DNA of 64,000 nucleotides from contig JBGARZ010000005.1 of assembly GCA_044229975.1 (NCBI GenBank), positions 288,001 through 352,000 on the forward strand. Reading direction: 5' to 3'. The position numbers and the translations under genes are program-made. Of the stretch, positions 9,791-21,367 are shown in pieces; position 1 is the stretch's first letter, and each line of letters starts with the position of its first letter. The notes under the pieces were generated by a model that did not search any database, was not told where the DNA came from, and saw only the letters and a program-made list of their open reading frames with translations. The stretch is from Polyangiales bacterium (GTDB lineage: Bacteria; Myxococcota_A; Polyangia; Polyangiales; Ga0077539).

Positions 9791-10891
9791 CTACGGCAGC
9801 GGCACGAGCACCGGCACCGCGCTCATTCGTTCGGGGCGCAGGCCGAGCTGCCGCGCCGAGTTGTTGCCCCAGCAGTAGACCTCGTCGTCGAGGGTGGCCG
9901 CGCAGGTGAGCGCGAAGCCCGCCGACACATGGCGCACCGGCGGCAGGCCCATCACGCGCGTCGCGGTGGGGACCGTCGGCGCGATGGGAGACCCGCACTC
10001 GCCATCCGCGTTGCGACCCCAGCACCAGACAGAACCCGCGCGGTCGAGCGCGCAGACGTGACCGAAGCCGCCGGCGATGGCGCTCACGCCGACGAGGCCC
10101 GCGACGGGCTGTGGTAGCGGGCGATCGACGGTGGTTCCGTCGCCGATGGAGCCGTCGCGGTTGTAGCCCCAGCAGCGCACGGTGCCGTCGCCCACGAAGG
10201 CGCAGGCGGTGCCGACGGTGAGCGCGAGCGCGCGGGCGTCGCTGACACCAGGCGCGATGCGCGGCGCGAGCACGGCGATGCGGCCGATGTTGTCGGTGAG
10301 GCGCGGACCCCAGCACCACACCGGACCAGCGCGGGTCGCCGCGCAGAGCTGCTCGTAGCCCGCGGCGAGGGCCGTGACGCCCGCGAGGCCGATGGGGGTC
10401 TGCACGCCGAGAGGGGTGTCGTAGGTCCCGAGGCCGAGGCCGGCGTTGCTGTTGATGCCCCAGGTGCGCGCGGTTCCGTCCGCGAGGGCCGCGACGTTGA
10501 TGCGGAAGCCCATCGCCAGGTGACGCACGCCCGTGAGCGAAGGCACCTCGGTCGGCGTCGCGCGGACGGTGCTGCCGGTCGTGAGTCCGGCGCCCGCGTC
10601 GGCGCCCCAGCAGAGCACGCGACCGTCGCGGGTCACGGCGCAGGTGCCGTCCATGTACGCGACGAGCTGGGCCGCATCGGAGAGGCCGGGCACCTCGGCG
10701 GGCGGGCCCGAGGCGCCCCAGCAGACGACGGTTCCGGTGGGGCGCAGCGCGCAGGCGTGCTGGCGACCGACGGCGACGGTGACGCCGGTGGGGACGGGCG
10801 TCGCAGCGTCGGGGGCGGCGGCGGTGTGGAGCTCGGTGCGTGCGCCGCAGCCGAAGGTGACGAGGAAGGGGAGGACGAGGCGCCAGGACAT
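9791..10891 (-). CDS. RCC1-repeat lipoprotein
   Basis: Signal ending TFGC; seven repeats like HACAL..GTVVCWG / VWCWG.N..G..G; likely start MSWRLV at 10891 (the longer ORF is antisense to the kinase). Confidence 0.88.
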   Translation of the reverse strand: MSWRLVLPFLVTFGCGARTELHTAAAPDAATPVPTGVTVAVGRQHACALRPTGTVVCWGASGPPAEVPGLSDAAQLVAYMDGTCAVTRDGRVLCWGADAGAGLTTGSTVRATPTEVPSLTGVRHLAMGFRINVAALADGTARTWGINSNAGLGLGTYDTPLGVQTPIGLAGVTALAAGYEQLCAATRAGPVWCWGPRLTDNIGRIAVLAPRIAPGVSDARALALTVGTACAFVGDGTVRCWGYNRDGSIGDGTTVDRPLPQPVAGLVGVSAIAGGFGHVCALDRAGSVWCWGRNADGECGSPIAPTVPTATRVMGLPPVRHVSAGFALTCAATLDDEVYCWGNNSARQLGLRPERMSAVPVLVPLP

Positions 10892-11038
10892 CGCAGGCAG
10901 TGGTACTGCGGTGGTCGTGATGTGTCTTGTTGCTGAAGGTTCGGACCGGGGTTGGTCGCGTCTCGCGCCTGCACCCCGGTCCGACGCGACGACCACCAAC
11001 AGAGCCTCGCTCATCCCCACCTTCGCCTGGGCGCCCCG

Positions 11039-12496
11039 ATGAGGCTCGCCCAACGGCTGACCCTTGGGGTCGTGCTCACCATGATCGCCGTGCTCACGGT
11101 GCACGGCTGGAACCGCGCCCGCCGCGAGTCCGCGCTGCTCGATCGCGAGGGTCGCCGCGACCACCTGCTCCTGGGGCGCGCGCTCGGGCTCGGCATGACC
11201 GAGGCGTGGCGACGCGCCGACGAGGCCGCCGCGCTCGCGCTCGTCGACGCGATGAACCAGTCCGAGTCGGAGATCGAGATCCGCTGGGTGTGGCTCGACG
11301 CGCCGCCGGGCGACCGGGCACGGCCCCACGCCCCGCCGCAGACGCTCGGCGCAGTCGCGCGCGGCGAGGAGGTCGCCTGGGTCGAGGATGGCCCCGGCAG
11401 CGCCGACCAGCTCTACACGTACGTCCCCGTACGACTTCCGAGCGCCCGCCTCGGCGCCATCGAGCTCTCCGAGTCGCTCGTGGCCGACGCGCAGTTCGTT
11501 CGCACCAGCGTGCGCAACACCGTGACCGCCACCGCCACCGCCACCCTCGTGTGCGGCCTCGTGGTGGTCGCCCTCGGGGTGTTTCTCGTCGGTCGACCGG
11601 TGCGCCTGCTCGTCGCGCAGGCCCGACGCATCGGCGCGGGTGACTTCGCGTCGCGGCTCCACCTGGAGCGCCGCGATGAGCTCGGCGAGCTCGCCGACGA
11701 AATGAACGCCATGAGCGACCGCCTCGCCGCCGCCCACGACCGGCTGCTGGAGGAGACCGCCGCGCGCCTCGCCGCGCAGAAGGGACTCGAACACGCCGAC
11801 CGGCTCACCACCGTCGGCCGCCTCGCCGCGGGCATCGCCCACGAGCTCGGCACGCCCCTCAACGTCATCTCCATGCGCGCCCAGATGGTGAGCTCCCGCG
11901 AGGTGTCCGGCGACGCGGCCCTCGACGCCGCGCGCATCATCGGGGCGCAGGCCGATCGCATGGCCGCCATCATCCGGCAGCTCCTCGATTTTGCGCGGCG
12001 CCGTGGTCCATCGAAGGCCGTGTGCGACCTGCGGAGCCTCGTCGACGGCGCGGCCTCGCTGCTGCGCCCGCTCGCGCAGAAGCGACGCGTCACCCTGGAG
12101 GTGCGGCACCCCGCCGAGGCCCTCGACGTGGAGCTCGACGCGGGGCAGATCCACCAGGCGCTGACCAACCTCGTCGTCAACGCCGTCGACGCCATGCCCG
12201 AGGGCGGAGCCATCACCGTGAGCGTGGGCCGGGGACGTGTCGTTCCGCCGGTCGAGCACGGTGGGGCGGAGGGGGAGTACGCCCACGTGGCGGTGCAGGA
12301 CCAGGGCGTCGCCGTCGCGCCGGAGGTGCTGGCGCATGTGTTCGAGCCCTTCTTCACCACCAAGGACGTGGGCGAAGGCACCGGGCTCGGGCTGTCGGTC
12401 TCCTACGGCCTCGTGCGCGAGCACGGCGGCTGGATCGCCGCCGAGAGCCGCCCCGGCGAAGGCAGCCGCTTCACGCTCTACCTCCCGCTCGGGTAG
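11039..12496 (+). CDS. HAMP-domain sensor histidine kinase (NtrB/ZraS-like)
   Basis: Two TM segments, HAMP (DELGELA), H-box GIAHELGTPL, N-box NLVVNAVDA, FEPFFTTK.VGEGTGLGL. Confidence 0.95.
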   Translation: MRLAQRLTLGVVLTMIAVLTVHGWNRARRESALLDREGRRDHLLLGRALGLGMTEAWRRADEAAALALVDAMNQSESEIEIRWVWLDAPPGDRARPHAPPQTLGAVARGEEVAWVEDGPGSADQLYTYVPVRLPSARLGAIELSESLVADAQFVRTSVRNTVTATATATLVCGLVVVALGVFLVGRPVRLLVAQARRIGAGDFASRLHLERRDELGELADEMNAMSDRLAAAHDRLLEETAARLAAQKGLEHADRLTTVGRLAAGIAHELGTPLNVISMRAQMVSSREVSGDAALDAARIIGAQADRMAAIIRQLLDFARRRGPSKAVCDLRSLVDGAASLLRPLAQKRRVTLEVRHPAEALDVELDAGQIHQALTNLVVNAVDAMPEGGAITVSVGRGRVVPPVEHGGAEGEYAHVAVQDQGVAVAPEVLAHVFEPFFTTKDVGEGTGLGLSVSYGLVREHGGWIAAESRPGEGSRFTLYLPLG

Positions 12497-12499
12497 CGC

Positions 12500-13860
<1,361 letters not shown>

Positions 13861-13864
<4 letters not shown>

Positions 13865-14358
13865 GGCGCGGGCCTGCCCGCGGCGAACATCGCCCCCTCC
13901 GCCGCACGTCGCGCCGTGAGCCCGTTGCTCACGACGAGCTGTCCGTTCTGGCGGACCTTGTTGAAGAGCGCGAGCGCCGCGGGGACGGCGTCCCAGTCGC
14001 GGGCGTTGACCAGCCGCAGCGCGGTGCTGCTCGCGAAGTTTCCCGCGCCGACGTTGTAGACGAAGGACACCAGCGCATCGAACTGCCGCGCCGTCAGCTC
14101 GACCTGCACGCCGCGGTTCACGGCACCGACCGCGGTCGCCGCGTCGGCCTTCAAGAGCCTCGTGGCGGTGGCCTCGTCGATGCCGTTCTTGAAGGCCTCG
14201 CTCGCGATCTCGGCGGCGGTGAGCTTGTGCCCGTACCCGACGGTCGGAAAGCCCGCGACGTCGTTGTAGACCCGGGGCGAAAACGCTCCCGTCCCAGGCT
14301 CACCCTCCCAGCGCTTGATGAGATCGAGGCCCGACGTGCTGATGTCCATCGTCGGCAT
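13861..14358 (-). CDS. GH24 (phage-type) lysozyme
   Basis: LIKRWEG..Y.DVAG.PTVGYGH (E/D/T triad), QFDALVSFVYNVG.GNF..ST, GL..RR.AE; no signal peptide. Confidence 0.93.
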
Positions 14359-14359
14359 G

Positions 14360-15829
14360 TTACGGCACCACCAGCGCAGCGGCGCGCTCCAGGTCGGCCT
14401 CGGACTCGGCGAAGGCTTCTTGCAGGTTCATCTCCTGCGCGCGGGCGTCCCACATCGAGCGGTACGCATCGAGGAGGTCTTGAATCGTGAAGGCCGACGA
14501 GCCGCTGCCGCCGGACTGGTAGGTCACCTCCGCGCGGCGCACGAGCTCCGCGGTCGCCGTCACCGTCTGCGCGCGGTACTCCTCCAGCGCCGCCCTCGCG
14601 TGGGCCCGCGCCGCCCACGCGCCCGACACCTCGCGGTCGATGCGAACCTCCAGCGCCGACGCGAGCGAGCGCTGCGCGTCGGCCTCGGTGTTGGCCCGCC
14701 CGACGAGGCCCTGGTTGCGGTCAAACACCGGCAGCGGAAACGACAGCCCAGCGCTCACGGAGATGCTGCCCGGATCCTGCGTGGCATACGCGCCCACGAA
14801 GACGCTCGGCGACCAGCGGTTCTCGGCGCTCCACCGTGATACCGTGGCCTGCGAGACGACCACCCCGCGACGGGCGAGCTCGAGGTCGGGCCGACGACGC
14901 AGCGCCAGCTCCAGCAGCGCCTGCCGGTCTTCCGGCCCGCGAAACGCTGACAAGCCCTCGCGCGTGATGGGCACCGACGTCACGTCCGGGTCGGCGATGC
15001 GCGCCGCGAGTCGTGCCTCGGCGCGGTCGCGCTCCACCCGCGCGTCGTTGAGCGCCGCGCGCAAGGTCGAGGCGCCCACGCGAACCCGCAGCGCGTCGTA
15101 GGTCGAGCTCGCCCCGGCCGCGAGGCGCCGCTCGACGATCTCCTCCAGCCGCGCCACCTGCGCGAGGTTGGCCTCGGCGACGGTCACCCGCGCGTCCGCG
15201 AAGGCGCGGGCGACCATCAGGGCCTGGAGGTCGGAGGCCATGGTCCAGAGCGACACGGCGACGTTGACCTCGCTCTGCGAGAGGGCCGCCACGGCCGCGT
15301 CCCGGCGCGCGCGCACCTGGCCAAACACCGTCAGCGGCTGCGTGAGCTGGATGCCGTAGTTGGTGCGGCCGTCGGGGGGCGTTCCGGCGGGGGTGCCGAC
15401 GAAGTTCACCTGCAACGAGGGGTTGGGCCACAGCGCCGCCGTGACGACGTCGAAGCGCGCCTCGCGCACCTGCGCCCGCAGCGACGCCACCTCCTGGCTA
15501 CGGTCGGCCCAGCGACGCAGCACGCTCGCCTCGGTGACCGTCGCGCTCTCCGTCGTCTGCGCCGCCGCAGTGACGGGAGCGAGCGCGAGCAAGACGAAGG
15601 CGGCGACGGCGAGCAGAGGGCGGTTGCGGTGTGCCCCTTTCCCCGCTGCCGCGCGCCCTACCCCCGCGCTCAGGGCGCAGGGGCAGGGCTCCGCACGTTG
15701 CCAGGTTCGCGCTTGGTCTGCGGACGTCGGAGCCCTGCCCCTGCGCCCTGAGCGCGGGGGTAGGGCGCGCGGCAGCGGGGAAGGGGGCACACCGCACGCA
15801 AGAACAAGACGCATCCAACGACCCATCAT
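14360..15829 (-). CDS. czcC: TolC/CzcC-family outer membrane efflux protein (palindrome read in frame near the N-terminus)
   Basis: WPNPSL, LTQPL, RRPDL, LPVFDRNQG; ATG overlaps the czcA stop (ATGA); signal peptide LLAVAAFVLLALAPVTAAA follows the palindrome-derived segment. Confidence 0.88.
   Translation of the reverse strand: MMGRWMRLVLACGVPPSPLPRALPPRSGRRGRAPTSADQARTWQRAEPCPCALSAGVGRAAAGKGAHRNRPLLAVAAFVLLALAPVTAAAQTTESATVTEASVLRRWADRSQEVASLRAQVREARFDVVTAALWPNPSLQVNFVGTPAGTPPDGRTNYGIQLTQPLTVFGQVRARRDAAVAALSQSEVNVAVSLWTMASDLQALMVARAFADARVTVAEANLAQVARLEEIVERRLAAGASSTYDALRVRVGASTLRAALNDARVERDRAEARLAARIADPDVTSVPITREGLSAFRGPEDRQALLELALRRRPDLELARRGVVVSQATVSRWSAENRWSPSVFVGAYATQDPGSISVSAGLSFPLPVFDRNQGLVGRANTEADAQRSLASALEVRIDREVSGAWAARAHARAALEEYRAQTVTATAELVRRAEVTYQSGGSGSSAFTIQDLLDAYRSMWDARAQEMNLQEAFAESEADLERAAALVVP
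15625..15796. repeat. Inverted repeat with 69-bp arms and a 34-nt loop (MITE/REPIN-like)
   Basis: 15625-15693 is the reverse complement of 15728-15796 with one mismatch. Confidence 0.95.
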
Positions 15830-18800
15830 CGCGACTCCTCCCCCACCAGCGAGGTCGGCGCGGAGGGGCCGTCGCCTCGCTCGATCCATGCGTAGAGCAC
15901 CGGCAACGTGAGCAGCAGCAGCGGCGTCGCCAGCAGCACACCGCCCACGATCACCAACGCGAACGGACGCTGCGTCTCGCTGCCCATCGCGTGCGAGAGC
16001 GCCGCGGGTAGCAGGCCCAGCGCCGCCAGCGTCGCCGTGATGAGCACCGCGCGCATGCGGCGGGCCGTCCCCTCGGTGATGGCCTCGGCGAGGGTCATCC
16101 CCTGGTCGCGCAGCTCGTTGATGGACGACACCACCACCACGCCCGCGAGCACCGTCTGACCCAGCAGCGCGATGCCGCCGACGATCGCCGACACCGAGAG
16201 GTTCACGCCCGTCAGCGCCAGCGCGAGGGCCGCGCCCGGCAGGCACATCGGCGCCGCAGCCAGCACCACCAGCGCGCTGCGCATCCGACCGAACACCCCG
16301 TACAGCAGCGCCCCGATGAGCAGCAGCACGATGGGAACGATGAACGCCAGCCGCCGCATCGCCCGCTGCTGGCTCTCGAACTCGCCGCCCCACGTCATCG
16401 TGTAGCCCGATGGCAGGTGCACCGAGCGCCCCACCCGCTGCCGCGCGTCGGCCACCACGCTGCCGAGGTCGCGGCCCTCGATGTTGAACTTCAGCGCGAT
16501 GAAGCGTGACCCCTGGTTGCGCTGGATGGCCGCGCGACCCGTCCCGACGTGCACCGTCGCCAGGGCACCCAGCGGAACCCTCGCCCCGCCCGGCGTGCTC
16601 ACCGGAATCTCGCGGATGCGATCGATGCCCAGTCGGAACGGCTCGGCCAGGCGCACCGCCACCTCGACGCGCCGTTCGCCCTCCCAGATCTCCGTCGCCA
16701 CGTCGCCGCCGATGGCCGCCTCGATGACGTCGTCGACGTCCGCGACGCGCAGCCCGTAGCGGGCGATGGCCTCGCGGTCGATGTCGAGCCGCAGCTGCGG
16801 CACGACCCCCGTCTGGTAGAGCCCCAGGTCGCGCACTCCCCGCACCGGCGCGATGGCGTCGCGCACCTGTTCGGCGAGGCGCTGCATCACGTCGAGGTCG
16901 TCGCCGTAGATCTTGATCGCGACCTTGCCCTTGATGCCGGAGATGCTCTCCAGGACGTTGTCGACGATGGGCTGCGAGAAGATGTACTGCACGCCCGGAA
17001 CCTCCGTGAGCCGCGCGCGCATCGCCTCGACGAGCTGCGTGCGCGAGCGCCCGGTGGTCCACTCCTCCTCGGGGCGCAGGCTCACCATGATCTGCGCGAT
17101 GTTCACCGGGGCGGGGTCGGTCCCGTCCTCGGGGCGGCCGAGCTGCGAGACGGCCTCGCGCACCTCCGGGAAGCTACGGATGATCGCGCGGAGCTGCGGC
17201 ACGATGCGCTCTCCCTCTTCGAGCGACTGCGACGGCGGGAAGAGCGCGCTCACGAACATCCCGCCCTCGTTGAGCTCGGGGAGGAATTCCGACCCGAGCG
17301 TGCGGCCCGCGAGCCCGGCGACGAACACCGCGGACAGGGCGATGGCGCCGACGATCTTCCGCCGCGAGAGGCCCCAGGTGATGACCCGCTCGTAACCGCG
17401 ACGCAGCGCCGAGACCCAGCGCGGCTCGGGGTGATGACCCGGCGCGGGCAGCTTGATGGCCAGCCGCGACAGCGCGGGAACGATGGTGAGCGACCACACG
17501 AGCGCGCCCAGCAGGGCGAAGCCGTAGGTGAGCGCCATGGGGGCGAAGATGCGTCCCTCGACGCGCTCCATGGTGAAGATGGGGAGCAGCGCCGCCGTGA
17601 TGATCGCGAGCGAGAACACCACCGGCCGCACCACTTGAGCAGCGGCCTCGCGCACCACGTCGGCGCGGTTGAGGTCAGGGCGCGTGGCGCCGACGTGATA
17701 GACGGTCTCGACGAAGATCACCGCCCCGTCGACGAGGATGCCGAAGTCCACGGCGCCCAGCGAGATGAGGTTGGCGGGCATCTTCAGGAGGCGCAGCCCC
17801 GTGAAGGCAGTGAGCAGCGCGAGCGGGATGACCGTCGCCACCACGAGCGGCCCGCGCCACGCGCCGAGGAAGAGCATCAGCACCAGCACCACGAAGAACG
17901 CCCCCTCGACGAGGTTGTGCTTCACCGTGTGGAGCGAGCGCTCCATGAGGGTCGTTCGGTCGTAGTAGGGGACCACCCGAGCGCCGCGCGGGAGCACCTC
18001 GCGGTTGAGGCGATCGACGGCTTCGTGGATGCCCGCAAGCACCACCGCGGGGTGCGATCGCTTGCGGAGGAGCACGATGCCTTCGGGCGATTCGTTTTCG
18101 GCGCCACGACCGACCACCCCGCGACGCGGGACGTGGCCGAGCACCGTCTGCGCGACGTCGTCGAGGTGCACCGGAACACCACGCGGCGCCGACAAGGCGA
18201 CGTGGGCGAGGTCGCGCGGGTCCTGGAGATAGCCGAGGCCGCGGACGACGTACTCCTCCGCGCCGTGGCGGAGGTAGTTGCCGCCCGCGGCGCCCGACGA
18301 CCGCTGTAGCGCCGTCACCACATCGGGAATGGACAGCCCGCGCGAGGACAGCCGCGTCGGGTCGACGTGCACCTGGTACTGCCGCTGGAAGCCGCCGAAG
18401 GAGACCACGTCGGCCACGCCGGGGACGCGCCGCAGGTAGCGCGAGACGACCCAGTCTTGCAGGCCACGACGGTCCATGGCCGTCATGCCGGGGGCCTCGA
18501 TGGTGTAGCGGTAGACCTCGCCGACGGGCGTGGACTCGGGGCCGAGGTGGGCGATGAGACCTTCGGGGAGATCGACCTCGCGCAGCCGCTCGCCGACGCG
18601 GGTGCGCGCGAGAAAGTCATCGGCGCCGTCGTCGAAGGTGCAGGTGATCTGCGAGAGACCGAACACCGAGATGGACCGCAGGTCGACCATGTCGGGCGTC
18701 CCGGCGAGCTCGCGCTCGATGGGGATGGTCACCTGCCGCTCGACCTCTTCCGCGGCGCGTCCGGGCGCGACGGTGATGATCTGCACCTGGAGGTTGGTGA

Positions 18801-18924
18801 CGTCGGGGAAGGCCTCGATGGGGACCCCGAGCATCTGCCCGTACCCGATGAGCGCCGCGATGATGGTGACGACGACGACGGCCCAGGGCTTCTGCACCGC
18901 GAGCGAGACGAGCTTCTGCAACAT
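15826..18924 (-). CDS. czcA: CusA/CzcA-family heavy-metal RND efflux permease
   Basis: IEAFPDVTNLQVQI, ANLISLGAVDFGILVDGAVIFVE, GSEFLPELNEG, GSETQRPFALVIVGG. Confidence 0.95.
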   Translation of the reverse strand: MLQKLVSLAVQKPWAVVVVTIIAALIGYGQMLGVPIEAFPDVTNLQVQIITVAPGRAAEEVERQVTIPIERELAGTPDMVDLRSISVFGLSQITCTFDDGADDFLARTRVGERLREVDLPEGLIAHLGPESTPVGEVYRYTIEAPGMTAMDRRGLQDWVVSRYLRRVPGVADVVSFGGFQRQYQVHVDPTRLSSRGLSIPDVVTALQRSSGAAGGNYLRHGAEEYVVRGLGYLQDPRDLAHVALSAPRGVPVHLDDVAQTVLGHVPRRGVVGRGAENESPEGIVLLRKRSHPAVVLAGIHEAVDRLNREVLPRGARVVPYYDRTTLMERSLHTVKHNLVEGAFFVVLVLMLFLGAWRGPLVVATVIPLALLTAFTGLRLLKMPANLISLGAVDFGILVDGAVIFVETVYHVGATRPDLNRADVVREAAAQVVRPVVFSLAIITAALLPIFTMERVEGRIFAPMALTYGFALLGALVWSLTIVPALSRLAIKLPAPGHHPEPRWVSALRRGYERVITWGLSRRKIVGAIALSAVFVAGLAGRTLGSEFLPELNEGGMFVSALFPPSQSLEEGERIVPQLRAIIRSFPEVREAVSQLGRPEDGTDPAPVNIAQIMVSLRPEEEWTTGRSRTQLVEAMRARLTEVPGVQYIFSQPIVDNVLESISGIKGKVAIKIYGDDLDVMQRLAEQVRDAIAPVRGVRDLGLYQTGVVPQLRLDIDREAIARYGLRVADVDDVIEAAIGGDVATEIWEGERRVEVAVRLAEPFRLGIDRIREIPVSTPGGARVPLGALATVHVGTGRAAIQRNQGSRFIALKFNIEGRDLGSVVADARQRVGRSVHLPSGYTMTWGGEFESQQRAMRRLAFIVPIVLLLIGALLYGVFGRMRSALVVLAAAPMCLPGAALALALTGVNLSVSAIVGGIALLGQTVLAGVVVVSSINELRDQGMTLAEAITEGTARRMRAVLITATLAALGLLPAALSHAMGSETQRPFALVIVGGVLLATPLLLLTLPVLYAWIERGDGPSAPTSLVGEESR

Positions 18925-20030
18925 CACAGCACCTGTTCGGCGGCGGCATCGAGCAGGAGGGCGCCCTCCACCACGACGCGCTCTCCCACGCGCAAGCCCT
19001 CGCGCACCTGGGCGCGTCCATCGAGCTCGGCGCCCACCACCACGCGACGCCGGTCGTAGTGGCCGGGGGTCGTCTCGACGAAGACGTTGTAGCCGTTGGA
19101 CTCGGTGATGAGCGCGCTCACCGGGACGATGGGGACACCGACGGACTGCGTTCGCACCGTGACGCGCGCGAACATCTCGGGCTTGAGCGCGTGGTCGGGG
19201 TTGGGGAGGCTGATGCGGACGACGAGGGTGCGGGTGTTGGGGTCGACGGCCTCGGCCACGCGGTCGACGACGCTGGTGAAGCGACGACCGGGGAGCGCGG
19301 GGACGTCGATCTCGACGGCGTCGCCCGCGTTGACGGCCGAGCCCTGCGCTTCGTGCAGGTGGGCGAGCACCCAGACGCGGTCGAGGTCGGCGATGAGGAA
19401 GGCCGGGTCGACGGCGCTCGATCGCGCCTCGGCGCCGACGCGGAGGGAGCGCTGGACGATGGTTCCGGCGATGGGCGCGCGGAGGATGTACGTGCCGACG
19501 GCGACGCGCGGTGCGCCCATGCTCTGGAGCACGGCGCCCGCGCGGGCCTCCTCGGCGCGCGCCGTGGCGAGGGCGGTGCGGGCGTCGATGACGTCGCGCT
19601 GCGATCCGGCCCCGTCGTCGGCGAGGCGCTGGGCGCGGGCGAGCGCCTGCTCGGCGGCGACGCGGTTGATGCGCGCCTCGGAGAGACCCGCCCCGGCACC
19701 GGCGACCTCGGCGCTGTACACGTTGGCCAGGGCAGCGCCCGCGAGAACGTGGTCACCCGGCGCGGCGAGCAAACGGATGACGCGACCCTGGACGGGCGGG
19801 ATGACGGCGGCGACGTTGCTCTCGTCGAGGGTGACGCTGCCTTGCGCGACGATGGCCGCGCCGTGGGCGTCGAGCGCGACGGGCTCGATGCGCATGAAGT
19901 TGGAGAGCGGAACAGGCGGGGGCGCGCGATCGGGCGGCGGGTGGCGGGTGCAGCCGCCGGGAGCGGCGAGTGCGCCGAGGGTGAGCAGGAGAGAGCAGAG
20001 GTGACGGGGGAAGGCAGCGGTCCGGGGCAT
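18924..20030 (-). CDS. czcB: RND efflux periplasmic adaptor (CzcB-like lipoprotein)
   Basis: Signal ending GGC; LRAPIAGTIV, IADLDRVWV, VDPNTRT, LKPEMF, VVVEGALLL; TGATG coupling to czcA. Confidence 0.92.
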   Translation of the reverse strand: MPRTAAFPRHLCSLLLTLGALAAPGGCTRHPPPDRAPPPVPLSNFMRIEPVALDAHGAAIVAQGSVTLDESNVAAVIPPVQGRVIRLLAAPGDHVLAGAALANVYSAEVAGAGAGLSEARINRVAAEQALARAQRLADDGAGSQRDVIDARTALATARAEEARAGAVLQSMGAPRVAVGTYILRAPIAGTIVQRSLRVGAEARSSAVDPAFLIADLDRVWVLAHLHEAQGSAVNAGDAVEIDVPALPGRRFTSVVDRVAEAVDPNTRTLVVRISLPNPDHALKPEMFARVTVRTQSVGVPIVPVSALITESNGYNVFVETTPGHYDRRRVVVGAELDGRAQVREGLRVGERVVVEGALLLDAAAEQVL

Positions 20031-20045
20031 GACGGCGGGCGCTTG

Positions 20046-20061
20046 AGCAAGGGGTGTTCCC
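20046..20061 (-). promoter_or_regulatory. Putative sigma-54 (-24/-12) promoter of the czcBAC-lysozyme-regulator operon
   Basis: Minus strand GGGAACACCCCTTGCT fits GG-N10-GC with TTGCT; lies just upstream of czcB; the operon ends in a sigma-54 activator. Confidence 0.65.
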
Positions 20062-20106
20062 AACGGGTCCGGGCGGCGGAAGCGCTGGTGGGCGGAGAAA
20101 GCGGAC

Positions 20107-20140
20107 GTGTCATTTCGATACGTGTTCAGGATTGAGACAC
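20107..20140. promoter_or_regulatory. Putative enhancer (UAS) for the NtrC-family activator
   Basis: Two adjacent AT-richer quasi-palindromes, GTGTCatttcGATAC and GTGTTCAggatTGAGACAC, about 45-80 bp upstream of the -24 box. Confidence 0.5.
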
Positions 20141-20177
20141 TCCCCCGAAGACACCGATCACCCGACGAGGCCCTTCG

Positions 20178-21359
20178 ATGACCCAGCCCGACCCGACCGG
20201 ATATCGCGAGCCCTCCACACCGACCTCCGCCGCGCCATGGAACCCCCGCGCCGTCCGCGCGTTTCGCTTCTCGCTGGCCTCGGTGCTGCTCGTCCCCTTC
20301 TTCACCGCGCTGCTCATCGCCGTCGATGACATCGGCGGACATCGCGCGAGCACTGTTCTTCCCGTGATGCTCTGTCTTGCGGTGCTGGCTTCGATCGCGT
20401 CGGTCGTCCTCGGCGTCGTCGGCGCCCGCGCGGGCCTCGCCGCGAGCCGCGAGGTGCCCGCCCATCCCGTCCCCGAGCGAGGGCGCTCCCTCGCCGTCGC
20501 CGCCATCCCTCTCGGGGTCATCGGCGCCGCGATGCAGTTCTTCGGCTTCCTCTTCGCGTGCCTCGTGCTGCCGTTCGTCGGCCGCGGTCGGCAGGTGCGG
20601 CACCTCGGCAAGCCCGCGCTCCCACCCGTCGAACCGGGCGACGCCTGGGCCCATCAACCGATCGAGCTCACCATCGACCCGACCGTGCGCGACGAGCTCG
20701 CCGCCCGCTGGCGCGACAACGGCCGCACCGAGCACGCCTCCGTCGCTGCCTTCGCGCGTCTCACGCTCGACCTCCTCGCCGTCGGTGCGCCGCCCTCGCT
20801 CATCGCGGCGGCACAACGCGACGCGCTCGACGAGGTGCGCCACGCCGAGACGTGCTTCGCTCTCGCCCGCGCCATCGACGGACGCGCACACTCGCCCGGC
20901 GCCTTCCCCGAAGCGGCGGCGACGACCGTGCTTTCGCGCTCGCGCGTCGTCGCGCTGTGTGCGCTCGCGGTCGATTCGCTCATCGACGGCGCGGTCAACG
21001 AGGGCGTCTCCGCACGCATCGCCGCGGCTCTGGCGCACCGCTGCGACGAGGGCCCGCTCAGGCTCGCGCTGCGGGGCATCGCCGCCGACGAGGGACGCCA
21101 CTCCGCCCACGGCTGGGACGTCGTGGAGTGGTGCGTCGCCCAGGGCGGAACACCCGTCGCGCGAGCGCTGATCGGCGCCATCGCCGGGCTCCCAGCGAAG
21201 GCGAGGGAGCGGCTCGCGACCGCGGCCGACGACGGCGCGTGGGAGCGCTGGGGCATCCACGGCCACGCGCTGGAGGCGGAGTCCTACGAGGCGGCGATGG
21301 CGGACGCGCGCCGCCGGGTGCAGCGACTCGCCGACGACGCGATGCTCCGCGCGGCGTGA
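20178..21359 (+). CDS. Membrane-anchored ferritin-like (diiron) domain protein
   Basis: Three N-terminal hydrophobic segments, then EHASVAAF, DEVRH, NEG and DEGRH diiron-type motifs. Confidence 0.82.
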   Translation: MTQPDPTGYREPSTPTSAAPWNPRAVRAFRFSLASVLLVPFFTALLIAVDDIGGHRASTVLPVMLCLAVLASIASVVLGVVGARAGLAASREVPAHPVPERGRSLAVAAIPLGVIGAAMQFFGFLFACLVLPFVGRGRQVRHLGKPALPPVEPGDAWAHQPIELTIDPTVRDELAARWRDNGRTEHASVAAFARLTLDLLAVGAPPSLIAAAQRDALDEVRHAETCFALARAIDGRAHSPGAFPEAAATTVLSRSRVVALCALAVDSLIDGAVNEGVSARIAAALAHRCDEGPLRLALRGIAADEGRHSAHGWDVVEWCVAQGGTPVARALIGAIAGLPAKARERLATAADDGAWERWGIHGHALEAESYEAAMADARRRVQRLADDAMLRAA

Positions 21360-21367
21360 GGGCGACG

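Noticed and set aside
10892..12424. Apparent 877-aa fusion upstream of the RCC1 protein
   Set aside because: The extension is the antisense of the histidine kinase; a lipoprotein signal begins at 10891
20031..21266. Long N-terminal extensions of czcB (and of czcC to 17062, the cyclase to 45049, the DLH to 35673)
   Set aside because: They overlap neighbouring real genes; internal starts with signal peptides, RBS or stop-start coupling fit better
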